DNA of 64,000 nucleotides from Minisyncoccota bacterium (GCA_018062965.1 JAGORG010000002.1:1860-65859), one strand, 5' to 3'. Shown: positions 1 through 11,903, counted from the stretch's first letter. Made by a program: numbers and translations. The notes: generated by a model not told the origin, from the letters alone.

Positions 1-471
1 ACGGAAGAGCTCGTGGAGCGACTTCGCACACTTGATGCGCACAGACTCGACGCTATCGGACCTCACAATCGAGTACGTCTCATTCGCGCAATTGAAATTG
101 CGGAAGCACTCGGTGCAGTGCCGACACTCCCTGAAGCGCCACTCAGATACATAACAACGATGTACATCTTACAGCCATCTCGTGAACTCTTGCATACAAG
201 GATAACTGCACGACTTTTGAAACGACTAGATCAAGGCATGGTAGATGAAGTGAAAGACCTCATAGCGCAAGGAGTACCTCATGATACGCTTGAACGCCTT
301 GGACTTGAATATCGATATGTATCACGATACCTGCGCGGACTTGTACCATACGAAGAAATGGTGAAGCAGTTAACTTTTAAAACAAATCAATATGGCAAGC
401 GCCAAGTAACATGGCTTAAAAAATATCCGAAAGACAACCGAATCAATCTCCACACCATAGAAGTAAAATAA
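1..471 (+). CDS. miaA: tRNA dimethylallyltransferase (MiaA), C-terminal part; the gene starts upstream of the window
   Basis: The frame is open from base 1. The C-terminal motif GKRQVTWLKK resembles the MiaA tail. Only a fragment is visible. Confidence 0.55.
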   Translation, partial: TEELVERLRTLDAHRLDAIGPHNRVRLIRAIEIAEALGAVPTLPEAPLRYITTMYILQPSRELLHTRITARLLKRLDQGMVDEVKDLIAQGVPHDTLERLGLEYRYVSRYLRGLVPYEEMVKQLTFKTNQYGKRQVTWLKKYPKDNRINLHTIEVK

Positions 472-473
472 AA

Positions 474-498
474 ACCACCCGAAGGTGGTTTGTGTTGC
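474..498 (+). terminator. rho-independent terminator hairpin (ccacccgaaggtggtt followed by T-rich tract)
   Basis: A perfect GC-rich stem sits directly after the miaA stop. Confidence 0.5.
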
Positions 499-501
499 TC
501 G

Positions 502-1290
502 TCACGTTTGAGCTTTGCGAGCCTGGTCAAAATTGTTTGCTTGTAAGGCAACCTTTTCAGCATCTTGGTATAAACCAATTGACCGGAAAAGTCTTGCGGC
601 AACTTGTGCATCGTCACGAGACATGTTCTTTTTGCCTGAGTAGTGCTTAGCGGTTAACCAAACTTTCGATCTGATGTTTTGCGCATCGTCAGATGACAAC
701 GTATACAGAGCGTCGGCGTGAAGCTCAAACAGTGTCGCTTGTGCCATCAGAAGACTGAGTTCCGCAGGAAGCGGGTCGACAACAGTCTCAAATCCAGTCA
801 GGTCCTGATGTAGCTCCTTTGCCTCTTGAGCTCTTTTTTGGAGGGTTTCAAGAATTCTCTTGATGTCGTCGTTCAAGTGCTCTCGCGTCTCCTCAAATAG
901 CCAGAGCAAATGCATTTTTTGCAAAACCTGAAGCGTTCTTGCAAACACAGCAAGCAATGTTTGCAACTGCTGAACAGGGAGACCGAAGGTGCTGCCTTCC
1001 TCAAACAGAAGTACTTCCTGTGCCCACCAGTTGAGCCTGATGGCAAGGATTGGGATGCGACGCAATTTTTCAAACGTCGACCCCTTTGCGGCAAACGACA
1101 TGGCAGAGTACATCACATTGATGTACTGCATAGCCAAACCGACTTCGCCGTAGGCGAGATCGTCTTTAGCCGCTTGAAAGTAGTTCTCCCGGAAGACGGC
1201 GAGCGAGCCACCTTTGCCGAAATGCTTTCCTTGGTCAATCAGACTCTCGATTTGAGCGTCAATGCCACCGTTAAACTTTTCAGAACTCAT
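502..1290 (-). CDS. hypothetical protein (about 263 aa), start MSSEKF
   Basis: Long ORF. AAGGAG lies 5 nt upstream of the ATG at 1290. No recognisable motif. Confidence 0.5.
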   Translation of the reverse strand: MSSEKFNGGIDAQIESLIDQGKHFGKGGSLAVFRENYFQAAKDDLAYGEVGLAMQYINVMYSAMSFAAKGSTFEKLRRIPILAIRLNWWAQEVLLFEEGSTFGLPVQQLQTLLAVFARTLQVLQKMHLLWLFEETREHLNDDIKRILETLQKRAQEAKELHQDLTGFETVVDPLPAELSLLMAQATLFELHADALYTLSSDDAQNIRSKVWLTAKHYSGKKNMSRDDAQVAARLFRSIGLYQDAEKVALQANNFDQARKAQT

Positions 1291-1417
1291 GCTTTCTCCT
1301 TGGTTACGAGTTATGGAACAGATTGAAAATATTATACAACATAAAAAAGTATTAGTCAATTCTTGGCACTCGTTAATCCCCTTTCAATATAAGGTTTTTG
1401 TATGATATGATGGTCAG

Positions 1418-2830
1418 ATGTCTGACTACATCACTACTATTGGACTTGAAGTCCACGCCGAACTACACACCAACTCAAAAATGTGGTGTGGTTGTAAAAA
1501 CGACCCTCAAGCAGCACTGCCAAACACAAATGTCTGTGAAGTGTGTATGGCTCACCCTGGCACCCTTCCTGTTGCAAACAAAGAAGCTATAAAGAAAGTT
1601 ATCAAGGTTGGACTTTCAGTTGGAGCAAACATCGCCGACTTTACAGAGTTTGATCGCAAGAACTATTTTTATCCTGATATCCCAAAAGGATACCAACTTT
1701 CACAATACAAACTCCCTATCGTTTCTGGTGGTTCAATCAATGGTGTAGAACTCACTCGTATTCACCTCGAAGAAGACACCGCCAAATCATCACACGAAAA
1801 CGGCGCAACACTCGTAGACTATAACCGCGCAGGTGTACCTCTTATGGAACTCGTTACTGAACCTGTCATCCACTCTGCAGAGCAAGCAGGTGCTTTTGCG
1901 CGCGAGTTACAACGCATTCTTCGCTATGTCGGCGCATCAGAAGCAAACATGGATATGGGGCAGATGCGCGTAGAGGCAAACATCTCTGTTTCAAAAGACC
2001 CGAATGTTTTTGGTACAAAGTGTGAAGTAAAAAACTTGAACTCATTCCGCTCTGTAGAAGAAGCCATCAACTACGAAGTCGCTCGCCACATAGACCTGAT
2101 CGAATCTGGTGAAAAAGTGATCCAAGAAACTCGTGGATGGGACGAAGTAAAGATGGAAACATTTTCACAGCGCAAAAAAGAAAATGCTCATGACTACCGC
2201 TATTTCCCTGACCCAGACCTTCCAAAGCTTTATCTTTCAGAACTCTTTGATAACGAAGAGCTCAGAAAAGAAATCCCAGAAATGCCTGCGTCACGCCGCG
2301 CGCGCCTCATACAAGCAGGACTTAAAGAAGACGCAACTGAAATCATCATTAGTGACCCACATGTTGCTATCTATTTTGATGAAGTAGTTACAGGAAAAGA
2401 CGCAACATATACAACACTTGCTGCAAACTACCTCGTAGCAGATGTCTTTGGATTACTTAAAAAAGAAGGGCGTGATATTGTATCTGAAAACTTTCCACGC
2501 ACAGCTTCATTTAGAACACTGCTTGATATGATTCAAGCAAATGAACTCTCTTCTCGTGGAGCAAAGGATCTTCTTCCGCTTATGCTTGCTGATAGCACAC
2601 TTGATGTAAAGAAAACAGCAGAAGAAAAAGGACTGATTCAAAAAAATGACCCTGAGGCGCTCAAAGCAATTATTCAAGAAGTGCTCGCAGAAAACCCAAC
2701 TCAAGTTGCAAACTATAAAGGAGGACAAGAAAGCATGTTCATGTTCTTCGTGGGACAAGCTATGAAAAAATCAAAAGGCTCTGGCAACCCACAACTTTTC
2801 CAAGAACTTTTGAAAGAAGCTCTCGCATAG
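1418..2830 (+). CDS. gatB: Asp/Glu-tRNA amidotransferase subunit B
   Basis: The N-terminus IGLEVHAELHTNSKMWCGC and the overall length are typical of GatB. Confidence 0.9.
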   Translation: MSDYITTIGLEVHAELHTNSKMWCGCKNDPQAALPNTNVCEVCMAHPGTLPVANKEAIKKVIKVGLSVGANIADFTEFDRKNYFYPDIPKGYQLSQYKLPIVSGGSINGVELTRIHLEEDTAKSSHENGATLVDYNRAGVPLMELVTEPVIHSAEQAGAFARELQRILRYVGASEANMDMGQMRVEANISVSKDPNVFGTKCEVKNLNSFRSVEEAINYEVARHIDLIESGEKVIQETRGWDEVKMETFSQRKKENAHDYRYFPDPDLPKLYLSELFDNEELRKEIPEMPASRRARLIQAGLKEDATEIIISDPHVAIYFDEVVTGKDATYTTLAANYLVADVFGLLKKEGRDIVSENFPRTASFRTLLDMIQANELSSRGAKDLLPLMLADSTLDVKKTAEEKGLIQKNDPEALKAIIQEVLAENPTQVANYKGGQESMFMFFVGQAMKKSKGSGNPQLFQELLKEALA

Positions 2831-2845
2831 CATACACTAGAGAGA

Positions 2846-3439
2846 ATGCTTCGCGACTATCTACCTGCACATATACAAAAAGACTTTATCATTAGTGTTT
2901 TCTTTTTGATATTCCTCTACGGCGTCACCCACAACTCATACATGTACCCCGAACCAAAACCAGTTCCGGGAAATTGGAGTATACAAAAACTACAGCACCC
3001 TCTTTTCTTTGGCCTCGCCGGACATAACTACATCGTACTCAAAGATGGAACAGGGGCGATTGTCTCTGAACTACACGGACTTGCAACAGACCCTGTGACT
3101 GGGCTTTGGAAATATATCGGTACCAAATCAACAGACATACTGCGTGTATGGGAATTCGATGAGACACGATACTATTTGGCAGAAAAAAGTTTCCCAGGAG
3201 TCATTATTGCCGAGGGCGACAAAGATACCATCACAGCAAAGTGGAGTGCAGGACTTACATGTAAAGAAAAAATAAACCGAGAATACATTCCCTATCCTCC
3301 ATATGGTTTTCGTATAACTGACGAAACAGAAAACTCAAACTCTGTAGCATACACACTCGCACTCTGCATGGGGGCAGATGTTAGACATATTGGGTTCATC
3401 ACACCTGGAGCACGAAGTAATCTTCTCGAAGGAAATTAG
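2846..3439 (+). CDS. hypothetical protein with N-terminal hydrophobic anchor
   Basis: 197 aa ORF. A hydrophobic stretch sits near the N-terminus. No recognisable domain. Confidence 0.4.
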   Translation: MLRDYLPAHIQKDFIISVFFLIFLYGVTHNSYMYPEPKPVPGNWSIQKLQHPLFFGLAGHNYIVLKDGTGAIVSELHGLATDPVTGLWKYIGTKSTDILRVWEFDETRYYLAEKSFPGVIIAEGDKDTITAKWSAGLTCKEKINREYIPYPPYGFRITDETENSNSVAYTLALCMGADVRHIGFITPGARSNLLEGN

Positions 3440-4413
3440 CCTTTTATTTTCTTAATATCGTTGATGAGTGTATCACCGAACGCTTTTACTGTTTCATCTT
3501 TAAAGAGAGATAGTGTTACTACGTCTTTGCCGCTTATCTTTTTGAGTGCTTGTAGTTTCTCTTCTACGTCAGCATCTGTTGCCATATCTGTTTTTGAAAG
3601 CACGACGATTTCAGTGCGGTCGAGTAGCTCAGCATCATACTTACCAAGTTCATTGCGAATGGTTGTATATGCGTCTGCAATGTCTTCATTTTCCACAGAA
3701 ACAAGATGTACAAGCATCGATGTACGTTTGATGTGACGAAGGAATTTATGTCCAAGTCCTTTTCCTTCACTTGCTCCTTCGATAAGTCCTGGGATATCCG
3801 CAAGAACGTATCCGAAATATGCGCCCAAGTTTGGCTCAAGCGTTGTAAAAGCGTAGTCTCCGACTTTTGCCCCAGCTCGAGTAAGAGCGTTCAATAGAGA
3901 CGATTTTCCGGCGTTTGGGAGGCCGATAAGGCCCACATCTGCGATGAGTTGTAGTTCAATATCAAATGTCGCAAATTCTCCGATATCTCCTTTTGTAAAT
4001 TCTTCTGGTGTACGATTGGTTGCAGACTTGAACTTTTCATTTCCTAGTCCACCTTTTCCACCACGAAGTACGAGAATCTCTTCTCCTTCTGTATTACATT
4101 CATATCGAATATCATATTCACGATTGTAGATAATACTTCCGATTGGAACCGTCAAATAGAGGTCTTCAGCACTTTTTCCATGCATAGAACGCTTCTGTCC
4201 TGATTCACCACCTTGTGCTTCGCGTTCTTCTTTTTGCTTGTACTGAGCAAGAGCGCTCACATCACGAATAACACGAAAATATACATCTCCGCCTTTACCT
4301 CCGTCTCCACCAGCAGGACCTCCAAAAGGAATACCTTTCTCGCGACGCCAACGAACAACGCCGTCTCCGCCCTTGCCAGCTTTTATATGAAGTGTGATGT
4401 GATCAATCAACAT
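3436..4413 (-). CDS. obg: GTPase Obg/CgtA
   Basis: Glycine-rich Obg fold GGDGGKGG, followed by the GTPase P-loop GLPNAGKS. Confidence 0.9.
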   Translation of the reverse strand: MLIDHITLHIKAGKGGDGVVRWRREKGIPFGGPAGGDGGKGGDVYFRVIRDVSALAQYKQKEEREAQGGESGQKRSMHGKSAEDLYLTVPIGSIIYNREYDIRYECNTEGEEILVLRGGKGGLGNEKFKSATNRTPEEFTKGDIGEFATFDIELQLIADVGLIGLPNAGKSSLLNALTRAGAKVGDYAFTTLEPNLGAYFGYVLADIPGLIEGASEGKGLGHKFLRHIKRTSMLVHLVSVENEDIADAYTTIRNELGKYDAELLDRTEIVVLSKTDMATDADVEEKLQALKKISGKDVVTLSLFKDETVKAFGDTLINDIKKIKG

Positions 4414-4477
4414 TCCAAAATAATACCATATTTAAAGGGATTTTGCAAGGTTCCATTGACATAGTTGCAACTTAATT

Positions 4478-4520
4478 ATAAATAATGAGAGCGATGCCGT
4501 AGGCATCGCTCTCATTATTT
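4478..4520. terminator. symmetric hairpin terminator (gagagcgatgccgtaggcatcgctctc) downstream of rpoD
   Basis: Perfect inverted repeat flanked by A/T runs on both sides. Confidence 0.5.
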
Positions 4521-4690
4521 TATTATTGGTTCTTTAAAGAGAACCTCTTGAAATGACAGCTAGTGAAAGTCAAGAAAATTATTCTAGGTACGCGAAACTT
4601 AGGATTTTTTCGAAAGAGACGTAGGTAATACTACGTTGATTGAGAAAAATTCCGTAGTGACAAAGTAGATGGAATGATTTTGTTTACTTT

Positions 4691-6067
4691 TTAGTAGTTC
4701 CTCAATCGTTCAGCTTTATCATGAGAACGAATCTTCTCATGAACCTTTGCTTCAATCTGACGAATACGTTCACGAGTAACTCCGAACTCTGCTCCCACCT
4801 CTTCAAGTGTGTGCATAACACCATCAAATTCACCGAGCCCATTTCGCATTTCTACAATACGTCGCTCCTTTGGAGAAAGATCGTCGAGAATTTCGTTGAT
4901 CTGATCTGCAAGAATACGGTGAGATGATTCTTGATCCGGTGACATGATTTTGTCATCGGCAATAAATTCACCAAGCGTAGACTTGTCGTCATCGTCTCCA
5001 ATCGGCTTTTCGAGAGACACAGTATCTTGGTTGATATTTTCAATGATGTGAATCTTTTCTACATCCACCCCCATTTCTACCGCAATTTCTTCTGCAAGTG
5101 GATCACGCCCGAGATCCTGGGAAAGACGACGCACTACTTGCTTGTACTTGGCGATTGTTTCTACCATGTGCACAGGAATACGAATCGTACGAGACTGATC
5201 CGCGAGCGCTCGCGTGATAGCCTGACGAATCCACCATGTTGCGTATGTTGAAAACTTGAATCCTTTTGTATGATCAAATTTTTCCACAGCTTTAAAGAGA
5301 CCAATGTTCCCTTCTTGAATAAGATCAAGAAGTGTAAGGTCACTTGATCTACCCACGTATTTCTTTGCGATAGATACCACAAGACGAAGGTTTGCTTTTG
5401 CAAGCAGTATCCCTGCTTCTTGGTCACCCTTTAAAATACGGCGAGCAAGATCTACTTCATCTTCTCCAGAGATGAGGGCGTACTGACCGATTTCACGAAG
5501 ATACATCTGAATTGAATCATGTGTACTGTCGCTTCCACTTTTTGCGAGATCATCATCCATATCAAGGAGATTCCCTCCTTCTAGAACATCGATTCCTGCC
5601 TGAGACATCTTTTCATAGAGCTCTTCGAGATACAAAATATCTGTTTCGATAGTTGGGAAGTATTTGATGATTTCATCATACGTAATGAAACCACGCTCCT
5701 TTCCTTTTTGGAGGATTTCTACCTCGTTTTGTTCACGAGTCGTTATTTTCTTTTTGACTTCAACTTTTGGTTTTGAAGGACCAGTTTTGATGGTAAATGC
5801 CTTTGGTTTGTATTTTGGCTTTGCATCGACTACCGGTTTTGCTTTCTTGGAAACTATTTTCTTTTGAGATGCCTTTGCAGCTGGTTTTTTGCTTGCAGGC
5901 TTTTTGGCTATAACTTTCTTGGATACTTTCTTCGCAGAAACTTTTTTAGGAGCTACCTTCTTTTTTGATGATGCTACCTTTTTGGTGGTTACCTTTTTTG
6001 AAACAGTTTTTGCTGTTTTTTTCTTTGAAACGCTTTTCTTTTGTGAAGATCCTTTACTTTTCGCCAT
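4691..6067 (-). CDS. rpoD: RNA polymerase sigma-70 factor RpoD with a long lysine-rich N-terminal extension
   Basis: Sigma70 regions 2 to 4 are recognisable ([16 protein letters not shown], helix-turn-helix at the C-terminus). The N-terminal roughly 110 aa are K/A/S/V repeats. Start taken at MAKSKG. Confidence 0.9.
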   Translation of the reverse strand: MAKSKGSSQKKSVSKKKTAKTVSKKVTTKKVASSKKKVAPKKVSAKKVSKKVIAKKPASKKPAAKASQKKIVSKKAKPVVDAKPKYKPKAFTIKTGPSKPKVEVKKKITTREQNEVEILQKGKERGFITYDEIIKYFPTIETDILYLEELYEKMSQAGIDVLEGGNLLDMDDDLAKSGSDSTHDSIQMYLREIGQYALISGEDEVDLARRILKGDQEAGILLAKANLRLVVSIAKKYVGRSSDLTLLDLIQEGNIGLFKAVEKFDHTKGFKFSTYATWWIRQAITRALADQSRTIRIPVHMVETIAKYKQVVRRLSQDLGRDPLAEEIAVEMGVDVEKIHIIENINQDTVSLEKPIGDDDDKSTLGEFIADDKIMSPDQESSHRILADQINEILDDLSPKERRIVEMRNGLGEFDGVMHTLEEVGAEFGVTRERIRQIEAKVHEKIRSHDKAERLRNY

Positions 6068-6074
6068 ATGACGT

Positions 6075-6112
6075 GTTCGCGGATTATAGCACAAATACCA
6101 CTATACGTCTAC
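6075..6112 (-). promoter_or_regulatory. putative extended -10 promoter (TGcTATAAT) for rpoD
   Basis: The minus strand reads GTGCTATAATCCGCGAAC about 30 nt upstream of the rpoD ATG. The same motif recurs upstream of rpoB. Confidence 0.4.
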
Positions 6113-6157
6113 GTGTTTTTGTTGATATCTAGTATTAAAGGAAATACACCTGTGGTT

Positions 6158-7774
6158 TTATGGCTGAGCTCTTGTGATTTCTTGGATTTCCTTCATGATA
6201 GCATCGTGGTCTTCTCCTGGTGTGCGCAGTTTTTCTTGGAGTTCTGTGATACGTTCTTTAAAGATTTCTCGTTTGTACGTTTTTACAAGATCACTGAGAT
6301 AATCATCCACATTTCCAAATGGACGCTCTTCTAGTCTGAACATTTCCTCTCCGATGATTGCTTCTGGAAATTGATCCATATCAAGTTGTAACTCTTGAAT
6401 ACTCTCATGGTTGTGAATGCCTTTTAAACGTATCAAAGCTATGAGCTCGCGAGTGACGCGTTCTTTTGCTGGAATACTAACTATTTTTACTTCTTCTTTT
6501 TGATCAATTACTTGAGCGAGTCCACGAACTAGTTCTTCTTGAAGTGTCTGTTCTCCTATGCCAGATTTTTGAGAAATAACTTTGATGAAATGCGCACGGT
6601 CAATTGGAGATTGTATAGCTTTTATAAACGGCAAAACCTCAACAACAATGCGACGCCCCTCTTCACGTTTGTCTTCTTTCGCGTCAATAATAGTTGCAAG
6701 TAGTTTTTCTATTACATGAACTTTAGATGCTAAAGCGGTTATCCATGCTTGTGGGTCATCTTTAATGAGATCTGCTGGGTCTTTTGTTCCAAGATCATCA
6801 ACCACATACACATCAAGCCCACCCAAAAGACAGAGCATTGCACTTTTCTTAAACGCGTTTTGCCCAGCACTATCTGTATCAAATGAAAGAATGACTTTGT
6901 CGCAAAAACGCTTGATGAGGTTGATGTGTTCATCGGTAAATGCAGTCCCAGACACAGCAACAGTATTGTGAACCCCTGCTTGGTAACTCATACACAAATC
7001 CATCTGCCCTTCAACGATAACCACTTCTTTTTTCTCATGCATTACTTTTTTTGCAGTGTCATATCCAAAGAGTATTTTTGATTTATGGTACAGATCAGTT
7101 TCTGGAGTGTTTACGTATTTACCTTGTGCCACACTCGGCTCCACAAACTGCGGCATGATGCGTCCAGAATACCCAACTGTGGCCCCAGAGATATTTCGTA
7201 TAGGAAACATGATACGTCCACGGAAACGGTCATAATATCCTTTTTCTGTTTTTATCATGAGCCCTGCGGCCTCCATCTCTTCAGGTTGATATCCGAGGGA
7301 CGCGAGTTTGATAAACAAATCTCTCCATTCGTTTTTTGCAAATCCAATATGAAATGTTGCAATAGTTTCCTCTGATAAACCTCGCTCAAGAAGGTACTGT
7401 TTTGCTTCGGGACTTTTGTGTAGATTAACTGTAAAGTGTTCTGTTGCATCTTTAAGCAGTGCAACAAGACGAGATTCTTCTTTGTTTCTTTGTGCGTCTT
7501 TTAGCGAGACACCTGCTCGATCTGCAAGTATTTTGAGCGCTTCATAAAAAGGTATGTTTTCTATTTTTTCTACGAATGTAAATATATCTCCATGCGCCTG
7601 ACACCCAAAGCAGTGAAAACTTTTTCGTTCTGGAGAGACATAAAACGATGGCGTCTTTTCGTTATGGAATGGGCACCGCGCACGAAACTGGGCACCTGAT
7701 TTTTCAAGACGTACATAAGTAGCAACCACATCTGTAATCGAGAGATTTTCCTTGATCTGGTCTTTAGGGTTCAT
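6158..7774 (-). CDS. dnaG: DNA primase
   Basis: Zinc-binding motif CPFHNEKTPSF...HCFGC, TOPRIM region. Start taken at MNPKDQ. Confidence 0.9.
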   Translation of the reverse strand: MNPKDQIKENLSITDVVATYVRLEKSGAQFRARCPFHNEKTPSFYVSPERKSFHCFGCQAHGDIFTFVEKIENIPFYEALKILADRAGVSLKDAQRNKEESRLVALLKDATEHFTVNLHKSPEAKQYLLERGLSEETIATFHIGFAKNEWRDLFIKLASLGYQPEEMEAAGLMIKTEKGYYDRFRGRIMFPIRNISGATVGYSGRIMPQFVEPSVAQGKYVNTPETDLYHKSKILFGYDTAKKVMHEKKEVVIVEGQMDLCMSYQAGVHNTVAVSGTAFTDEHINLIKRFCDKVILSFDTDSAGQNAFKKSAMLCLLGGLDVYVVDDLGTKDPADLIKDDPQAWITALASKVHVIEKLLATIIDAKEDKREEGRRIVVEVLPFIKAIQSPIDRAHFIKVISQKSGIGEQTLQEELVRGLAQVIDQKEEVKIVSIPAKERVTRELIALIRLKGIHNHESIQELQLDMDQFPEAIIGEEMFRLEERPFGNVDDYLSDLVKTYKREIFKERITELQEKLRTPGEDHDAIMKEIQEITRAQP

Positions 7775-7798
7775 TACCCCTATTTTACCACGTAAGCA

Positions 7799-7822
7799 AA
7801 AACCCCGCCGAAGGCGGGGTTG
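7799..7822. terminator. hairpin aaccccgccgaaggcggggtt
   Basis: Perfect GC stem between the small gene at 7839 and dnaG. Confidence 0.5.
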
Positions 7823-7838
7823 GAGGTTGCTTTTTGGA

Positions 7839-8162
7839 CTACTCTTTTCTGACAACCAAGTGCCCATCATTAAGCTTTTCAAGATAGACCCATCCCACAT
7901 ATTCGTTTCCACCACCATACTTGAGAATAGCTGCTGCTAAGTATGGTTCAGGATCTTCGACTGGAATCACAATGCCATAAAACTCTCTGGATAGATCATC
8001 GTGTGGACGCTTGACGTCTCCTGGTTGCGTACCTAAAGGATAAATATCTACCAAATACGTTGGTCCGCCTTTTCCTTTTGTAACAAGAACGTTTCCGATA
8101 GGGTTTATATCTCCCATTGTCTGACGAACGCTCGGACGAAGCGGTGCAGGTAGGTTTTGCAT
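7839..8162 (-). CDS. hypothetical protein (107 aa) between rpoC and dnaG
   Basis: AAGGAG lies upstream of the ATG at 8162. No recognisable domain. Confidence 0.5.
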   Translation of the reverse strand: MQNLPAPLRPSVRQTMGDINPIGNVLVTKGKGGPTYLVDIYPLGTQPGDVKRPHDDLSREFYGIVIPVEDPEPYLAAAILKYGGGNEYVGWVYLEKLNDGHLVVRKE

Positions 8163-8229
8163 GTCGTTCTCCTTGGTTACTAATACAAATGTACAGTTTC
8201 TACTACATCCTATACTTAAATACTACGAA

Positions 8230-8264
8230 AAGCAAAAGCGCGCCGTAGGCGCGCTTTTGCTTTA
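8230..8264. terminator. symmetric hairpin aaagcgcgccgtaggcgcgcttt downstream of rpoC
   Basis: Perfect palindrome flanked by A/T runs. Confidence 0.5.
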
Positions 8265-8274
8265 TTAAATTCTC

Positions 8275-11200
8275 TTACTTGCCTTCCTTTTCGCGAAGAC
8301 CAGTTCCCGCTGGAATCAATCGTCCGAGGATAACGTTTTCCTTCAAACCTCGTAGTTCATCTACTTGGCCACGAGTAGCGGCTGTGATGAGCACACGAGT
8401 TGTGTTTTGGAATGACGCACTAGAGAGCCATGAGTCTGTAGAGAGCGCCACGTCAGTGATACCGAGCACGAGATGCTTGCCTTTTGCTTCAGTTTTCGCA
8501 GCGTCTTTTGTACGCATGTTTTCGTGACGGAAGTTTGAAACTTCAACCACATCAGACTGAGTAAAGCGAGTCTCTCCTGGGTTAGTAATCTTGATACGTC
8601 CGAACATCTGCTTGATGATAACTTCAACGTGTTTACGTGTAATCGCAGCACCTTGGAGTTCATACACCTTGTTGATTTCAGACACGATGTATTCTTCAGT
8701 AACTTCTTTACCAGCATGTGTAAAGAGTTCTTCGATATCAGCAGAACCGTCAGTCAAGAACTGTCCTTTCTTTACCTTGTCTCCAATCTTTACAATTGGC
8801 TGTCGGCGGAATGGAACACTGTATTCACCTTGCTTGCCCTTCTTGTTACCCTTTGCAACTTCTGGTTCATCAACAATGAGTACAATAACTTTTTCTTTTC
8901 CTTCATCACGAATCGCAACTACTTCACCCGCTTCGTGAGCAATGATAGCTGGATTCTTTGGCATGCGTCGTTCAAAGATTTCTTCAACACGTGGAAGACC
9001 TTGAGTGATGTCAGCTCCTGCCACACCTCCAGAGTGGAAGGTACGCATAGTAAGCTGTGTTCCTGGTTCACCGATAGCTTGCGCTGCGACGATACCAACT
9101 GCTTCTCCAAGGTCAACTTTTTTGTTACGACCCATATCGAGTCCGTAACACTTCTGACAGATACCATGGAGTGATTCACATGTAAGTGGTGAGAACACCT
9201 TTACTTCTGTGATTCCAGCTGCTTCTACGGCGAGCGCATCATCCTTACTGATAAGATGATTCTTTTTGAAGAGAACCTTACCATCAACAGAAATGTCTTC
9301 AGCGATGATACGTCCACGAACTGTTTTTGAAATTGGAACTTCGATACCAAGAGCATTTTCTTTACGAATTTGCTTGCTTTCGCGTGTACCACAGTCTACT
9401 TCAGTGATGATTGCATCCTGTGCCACATCCACGAGACGTCGAGTAAGGTATCCAGCTTGAGCTGTCTTGAGCGCCGTGTCAGAGTTACCCTTTCGAGCAC
9501 CGTAGGTTGTAATGAAGTATTCAAGCGGGGTCAAACCTTCCTTGTATGATGAGATAACCGGGAAGTCGATGTTGCGTCCTGAGTTGTTCACGATGATACC
9601 CTTCATACCTGCCATCTGAATAATCTGAGCAACAGTACCTCGGGCACCTGATGTGATCAAGTCATACACAGAACCGTGTACCGCAAACGAGTGAGGCATG
9701 AGTTTTTCAATCTCCTTACGAACACCTTGCCATACGTCGATAGTACGTTCGTATCGTTCTTCTTCAGAAAGGAGACCTTCTTGGAAGTCGGCTTCTACTC
9801 TACCAGCTTGCTCCCAACCACTCTTCACAAGTCCTGTTTTTTCTTCTGGCACATTAATAGCGTTGATACCCCATGTAGTTCCAGAAACAGTTGCGTACTT
9901 GTAACCGAATGTCTTTATCTTGTCGATAATTTTTGGAGCAGTTTCAAGACCGTAGGTCAAAATAACTTCGTCAATAATAGCGTTTAGCTTCTTCTGAGTT
10001 ACTTCGTCATTGATGTATGGGAAGTCAGATGGGAACACAGAGTTGAAAAGGAGGCGTCCGATTGTTGTTTGGAATGGCTTACCTTCAAACTTTGCATACT
10101 TTTCTTTGTCAGTGTTTGCCATCACCCAAATCTTTGCGCGGAATGAAACAGCGTCAAAGTCATGTGCAGTGATTGCTTCGTTTGGTGAAGCAAAGTATTT
10201 GCCTTCACCTTTTTCTCCTGGAACTTCTTTTGTCATCCAATACGCACCGAGCACCATGTCCATGCGTGGGTTAACAATAGAGTCTCCAGAACCTGGCTTG
10301 AGCAAGTTGCGGTTAGCAGCCATGAGTGTTCGCGCTTCTTCTTGTGCTTTTACAGAAAGTGGAAGGTGAACAGCCATTTGGTCTCCGTCAAAGTCAGCGT
10401 TGAAAGCCTGACATACGAGTGGGTGAAGAGAGATAGCGTTACCTTCGATAAGACGAGGGTTAAACGCCTGAATACCAAGTCGGTGAAGTGTAGGAGCTCG
10501 GTTAAGGAGCACGTACTTTCCTTCGATACATTCTTCAAGAATCGCCCATACTTCTGGGATTCCGTCTTCTATCAACTTATTCGCACCACGGATGTTAAAT
10601 GCAAGCTCTCGTTCGAGAAGTTTTGAAATAACAAATGGCTTGAAGAGTTCAAGTGCCATGTGCTTTGGAAGACCACATTCATTCAAGTTAAGTGAAGGTC
10701 CAACGACGATCACAGAACGAGCTGAGTAGTCTACACGCTTACCGAGAAGGTTTCCTCGAAGAAGCCCTTGCTTACCTTTCAAGTTATCTGAAAGTGACTT
10801 GAGCTGACGCTTCTGAGACTGACTCATAACAGCATCCTGTCCATGACGAGCTGAGTTGTCGATGAGTGCATCACACGCTTCCTGAAGAATACGCTTTTCG
10901 TTTCGCAAGATAACATCTGGCGCGCCAATTTCCATCAACTTCTTGAGACGGTTGTTTCGGTTAATAACTCGACGGTACAGGTCGTTTACATCCGATGCCG
11001 CATAGCGTCCACCTTCAAGTGCAACCATAGGTCGAATACCTGCAGGGATAACAGGAATCACTGACATAAACATCCATTCTGGACGAATACCAGAGTTTTG
11101 GAATGCACGTACAAGTGAGAGACGCTTTTCAGCTTTTTCACGTTCGAGCGCTCCAGCCTTTTCAAGCTGCTTTACGATCTGTTCCTCAAGTGACTTAAGG

Positions 11201-11877
11201 TCAATTGTCTTAAAGATTTCAAAGATTGCTTCTGCTCCAATACCTGCTTCGAAACATGTACCATACTTCATCGCATAACGATGGTAAGTGAGCTCATCAA
11301 AAATCTTCCACGGCTTGATTTCTTCGATTTCTTTCTTTGTTGCAGTCAAAAGTTCACGGAGCTTGTCCTGTGTCTTTTCATCACTTGCTGACTTTACTTT
11401 TGCCTTGAATTCAGAATCGAGGTTCGCAAGAATTTCTTCCTTTGCGGCCTGATTAACTGACTTTACAACATATCCGGCAAAGTACACCACCTTTTCTACG
11501 TCAGATACTGGCTGAGCCAAGATAAGAGCAATACGAGATGGAACTGTACGAAGGAACCAGATGTGAGCAACTGGAGACGCGAGTTCGATATGCCCCATTC
11601 GTTCACGACGAACGATAGACTTTGTAACTTCTACTCCACATTTTTCACAGATAATACCCTTGTAACGAATACGCTTGTATTTTCCACAGTAACATTCATA
11701 GTCCTTTTCAGGTCCAAAGATACGTTCGTCAAAAAGACCGTATCGTTCTGAACGTCCAGTACGGTAGTTGATCGTCTCTGGCTTCGTAACTTCACCGAAA
11801 CTCCATGAGCGAATTGCTTCAGGAGAAGCAACCTTGATCGCGAGAGCATCGAAATTGTTTGTGTCGATTGTTTTCAT
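8275..11877 (-). CDS. rpoC: DNA-directed RNA polymerase subunit beta prime
   Basis: 1200 aa. Contains the zinc-finger CX2C...CX2C and the NADFDGD catalytic motif. Confidence 0.95.
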   Translation of the reverse strand: MKTIDTNNFDALAIKVASPEAIRSWSFGEVTKPETINYRTGRSERYGLFDERIFGPEKDYECYCGKYKRIRYKGIICEKCGVEVTKSIVRRERMGHIELASPVAHIWFLRTVPSRIALILAQPVSDVEKVVYFAGYVVKSVNQAAKEEILANLDSEFKAKVKSASDEKTQDKLRELLTATKKEIEEIKPWKIFDELTYHRYAMKYGTCFEAGIGAEAIFEIFKTIDLKSLEEQIVKQLEKAGALEREKAEKRLSLVRAFQNSGIRPEWMFMSVIPVIPAGIRPMVALEGGRYAASDVNDLYRRVINRNNRLKKLMEIGAPDVILRNEKRILQEACDALIDNSARHGQDAVMSQSQKRQLKSLSDNLKGKQGLLRGNLLGKRVDYSARSVIVVGPSLNLNECGLPKHMALELFKPFVISKLLERELAFNIRGANKLIEDGIPEVWAILEECIEGKYVLLNRAPTLHRLGIQAFNPRLIEGNAISLHPLVCQAFNADFDGDQMAVHLPLSVKAQEEARTLMAANRNLLKPGSGDSIVNPRMDMVLGAYWMTKEVPGEKGEGKYFASPNEAITAHDFDAVSFRAKIWVMANTDKEKYAKFEGKPFQTTIGRLLFNSVFPSDFPYINDEVTQKKLNAIIDEVILTYGLETAPKIIDKIKTFGYKYATVSGTTWGINAINVPEEKTGLVKSGWEQAGRVEADFQEGLLSEEERYERTIDVWQGVRKEIEKLMPHSFAVHGSVYDLITSGARGTVAQIIQMAGMKGIIVNNSGRNIDFPVISSYKEGLTPLEYFITTYGARKGNSDTALKTAQAGYLTRRLVDVAQDAIITEVDCGTRESKQIRKENALGIEVPISKTVRGRIIAEDISVDGKVLFKKNHLISKDDALAVEAAGITEVKVFSPLTCESLHGICQKCYGLDMGRNKKVDLGEAVGIVAAQAIGEPGTQLTMRTFHSGGVAGADITQGLPRVEEIFERRMPKNPAIIAHEAGEVVAIRDEGKEKVIVLIVDEPEVAKGNKKGKQGEYSVPFRRQPIVKIGDKVKKGQFLTDGSADIEELFTHAGKEVTEEYIVSEINKVYELQGAAITRKHVEVIIKQMFGRIKITNPGETRFTQSDVVEVSNFRHENMRTKDAAKTEAKGKHLVLGITDVALSTDSWLSSASFQNTTRVLITAATRGQVDELRGLKENVILGRLIPAGTGLREKEGK

Positions 11878-11903
11878 AGTTGTGTGATTGATGAAGTTAG
11901 TAA

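Noticed and set aside
4457-4484. TTGACA ... TATAAA promoter-like sequence on the plus strand between obg and rpoD
   Set aside because: There is no plus-strand gene downstream, the spacing is sub-optimal (15-16 bp), and the intergenic DNA is AT-rich. It is likely fortuitous.
8591-9174. Plus-strand ORFs of 115-181 aa inside rpoC
   Set aside because: They are antisense to a strongly supported rpoC coding region and have low-complexity translations.
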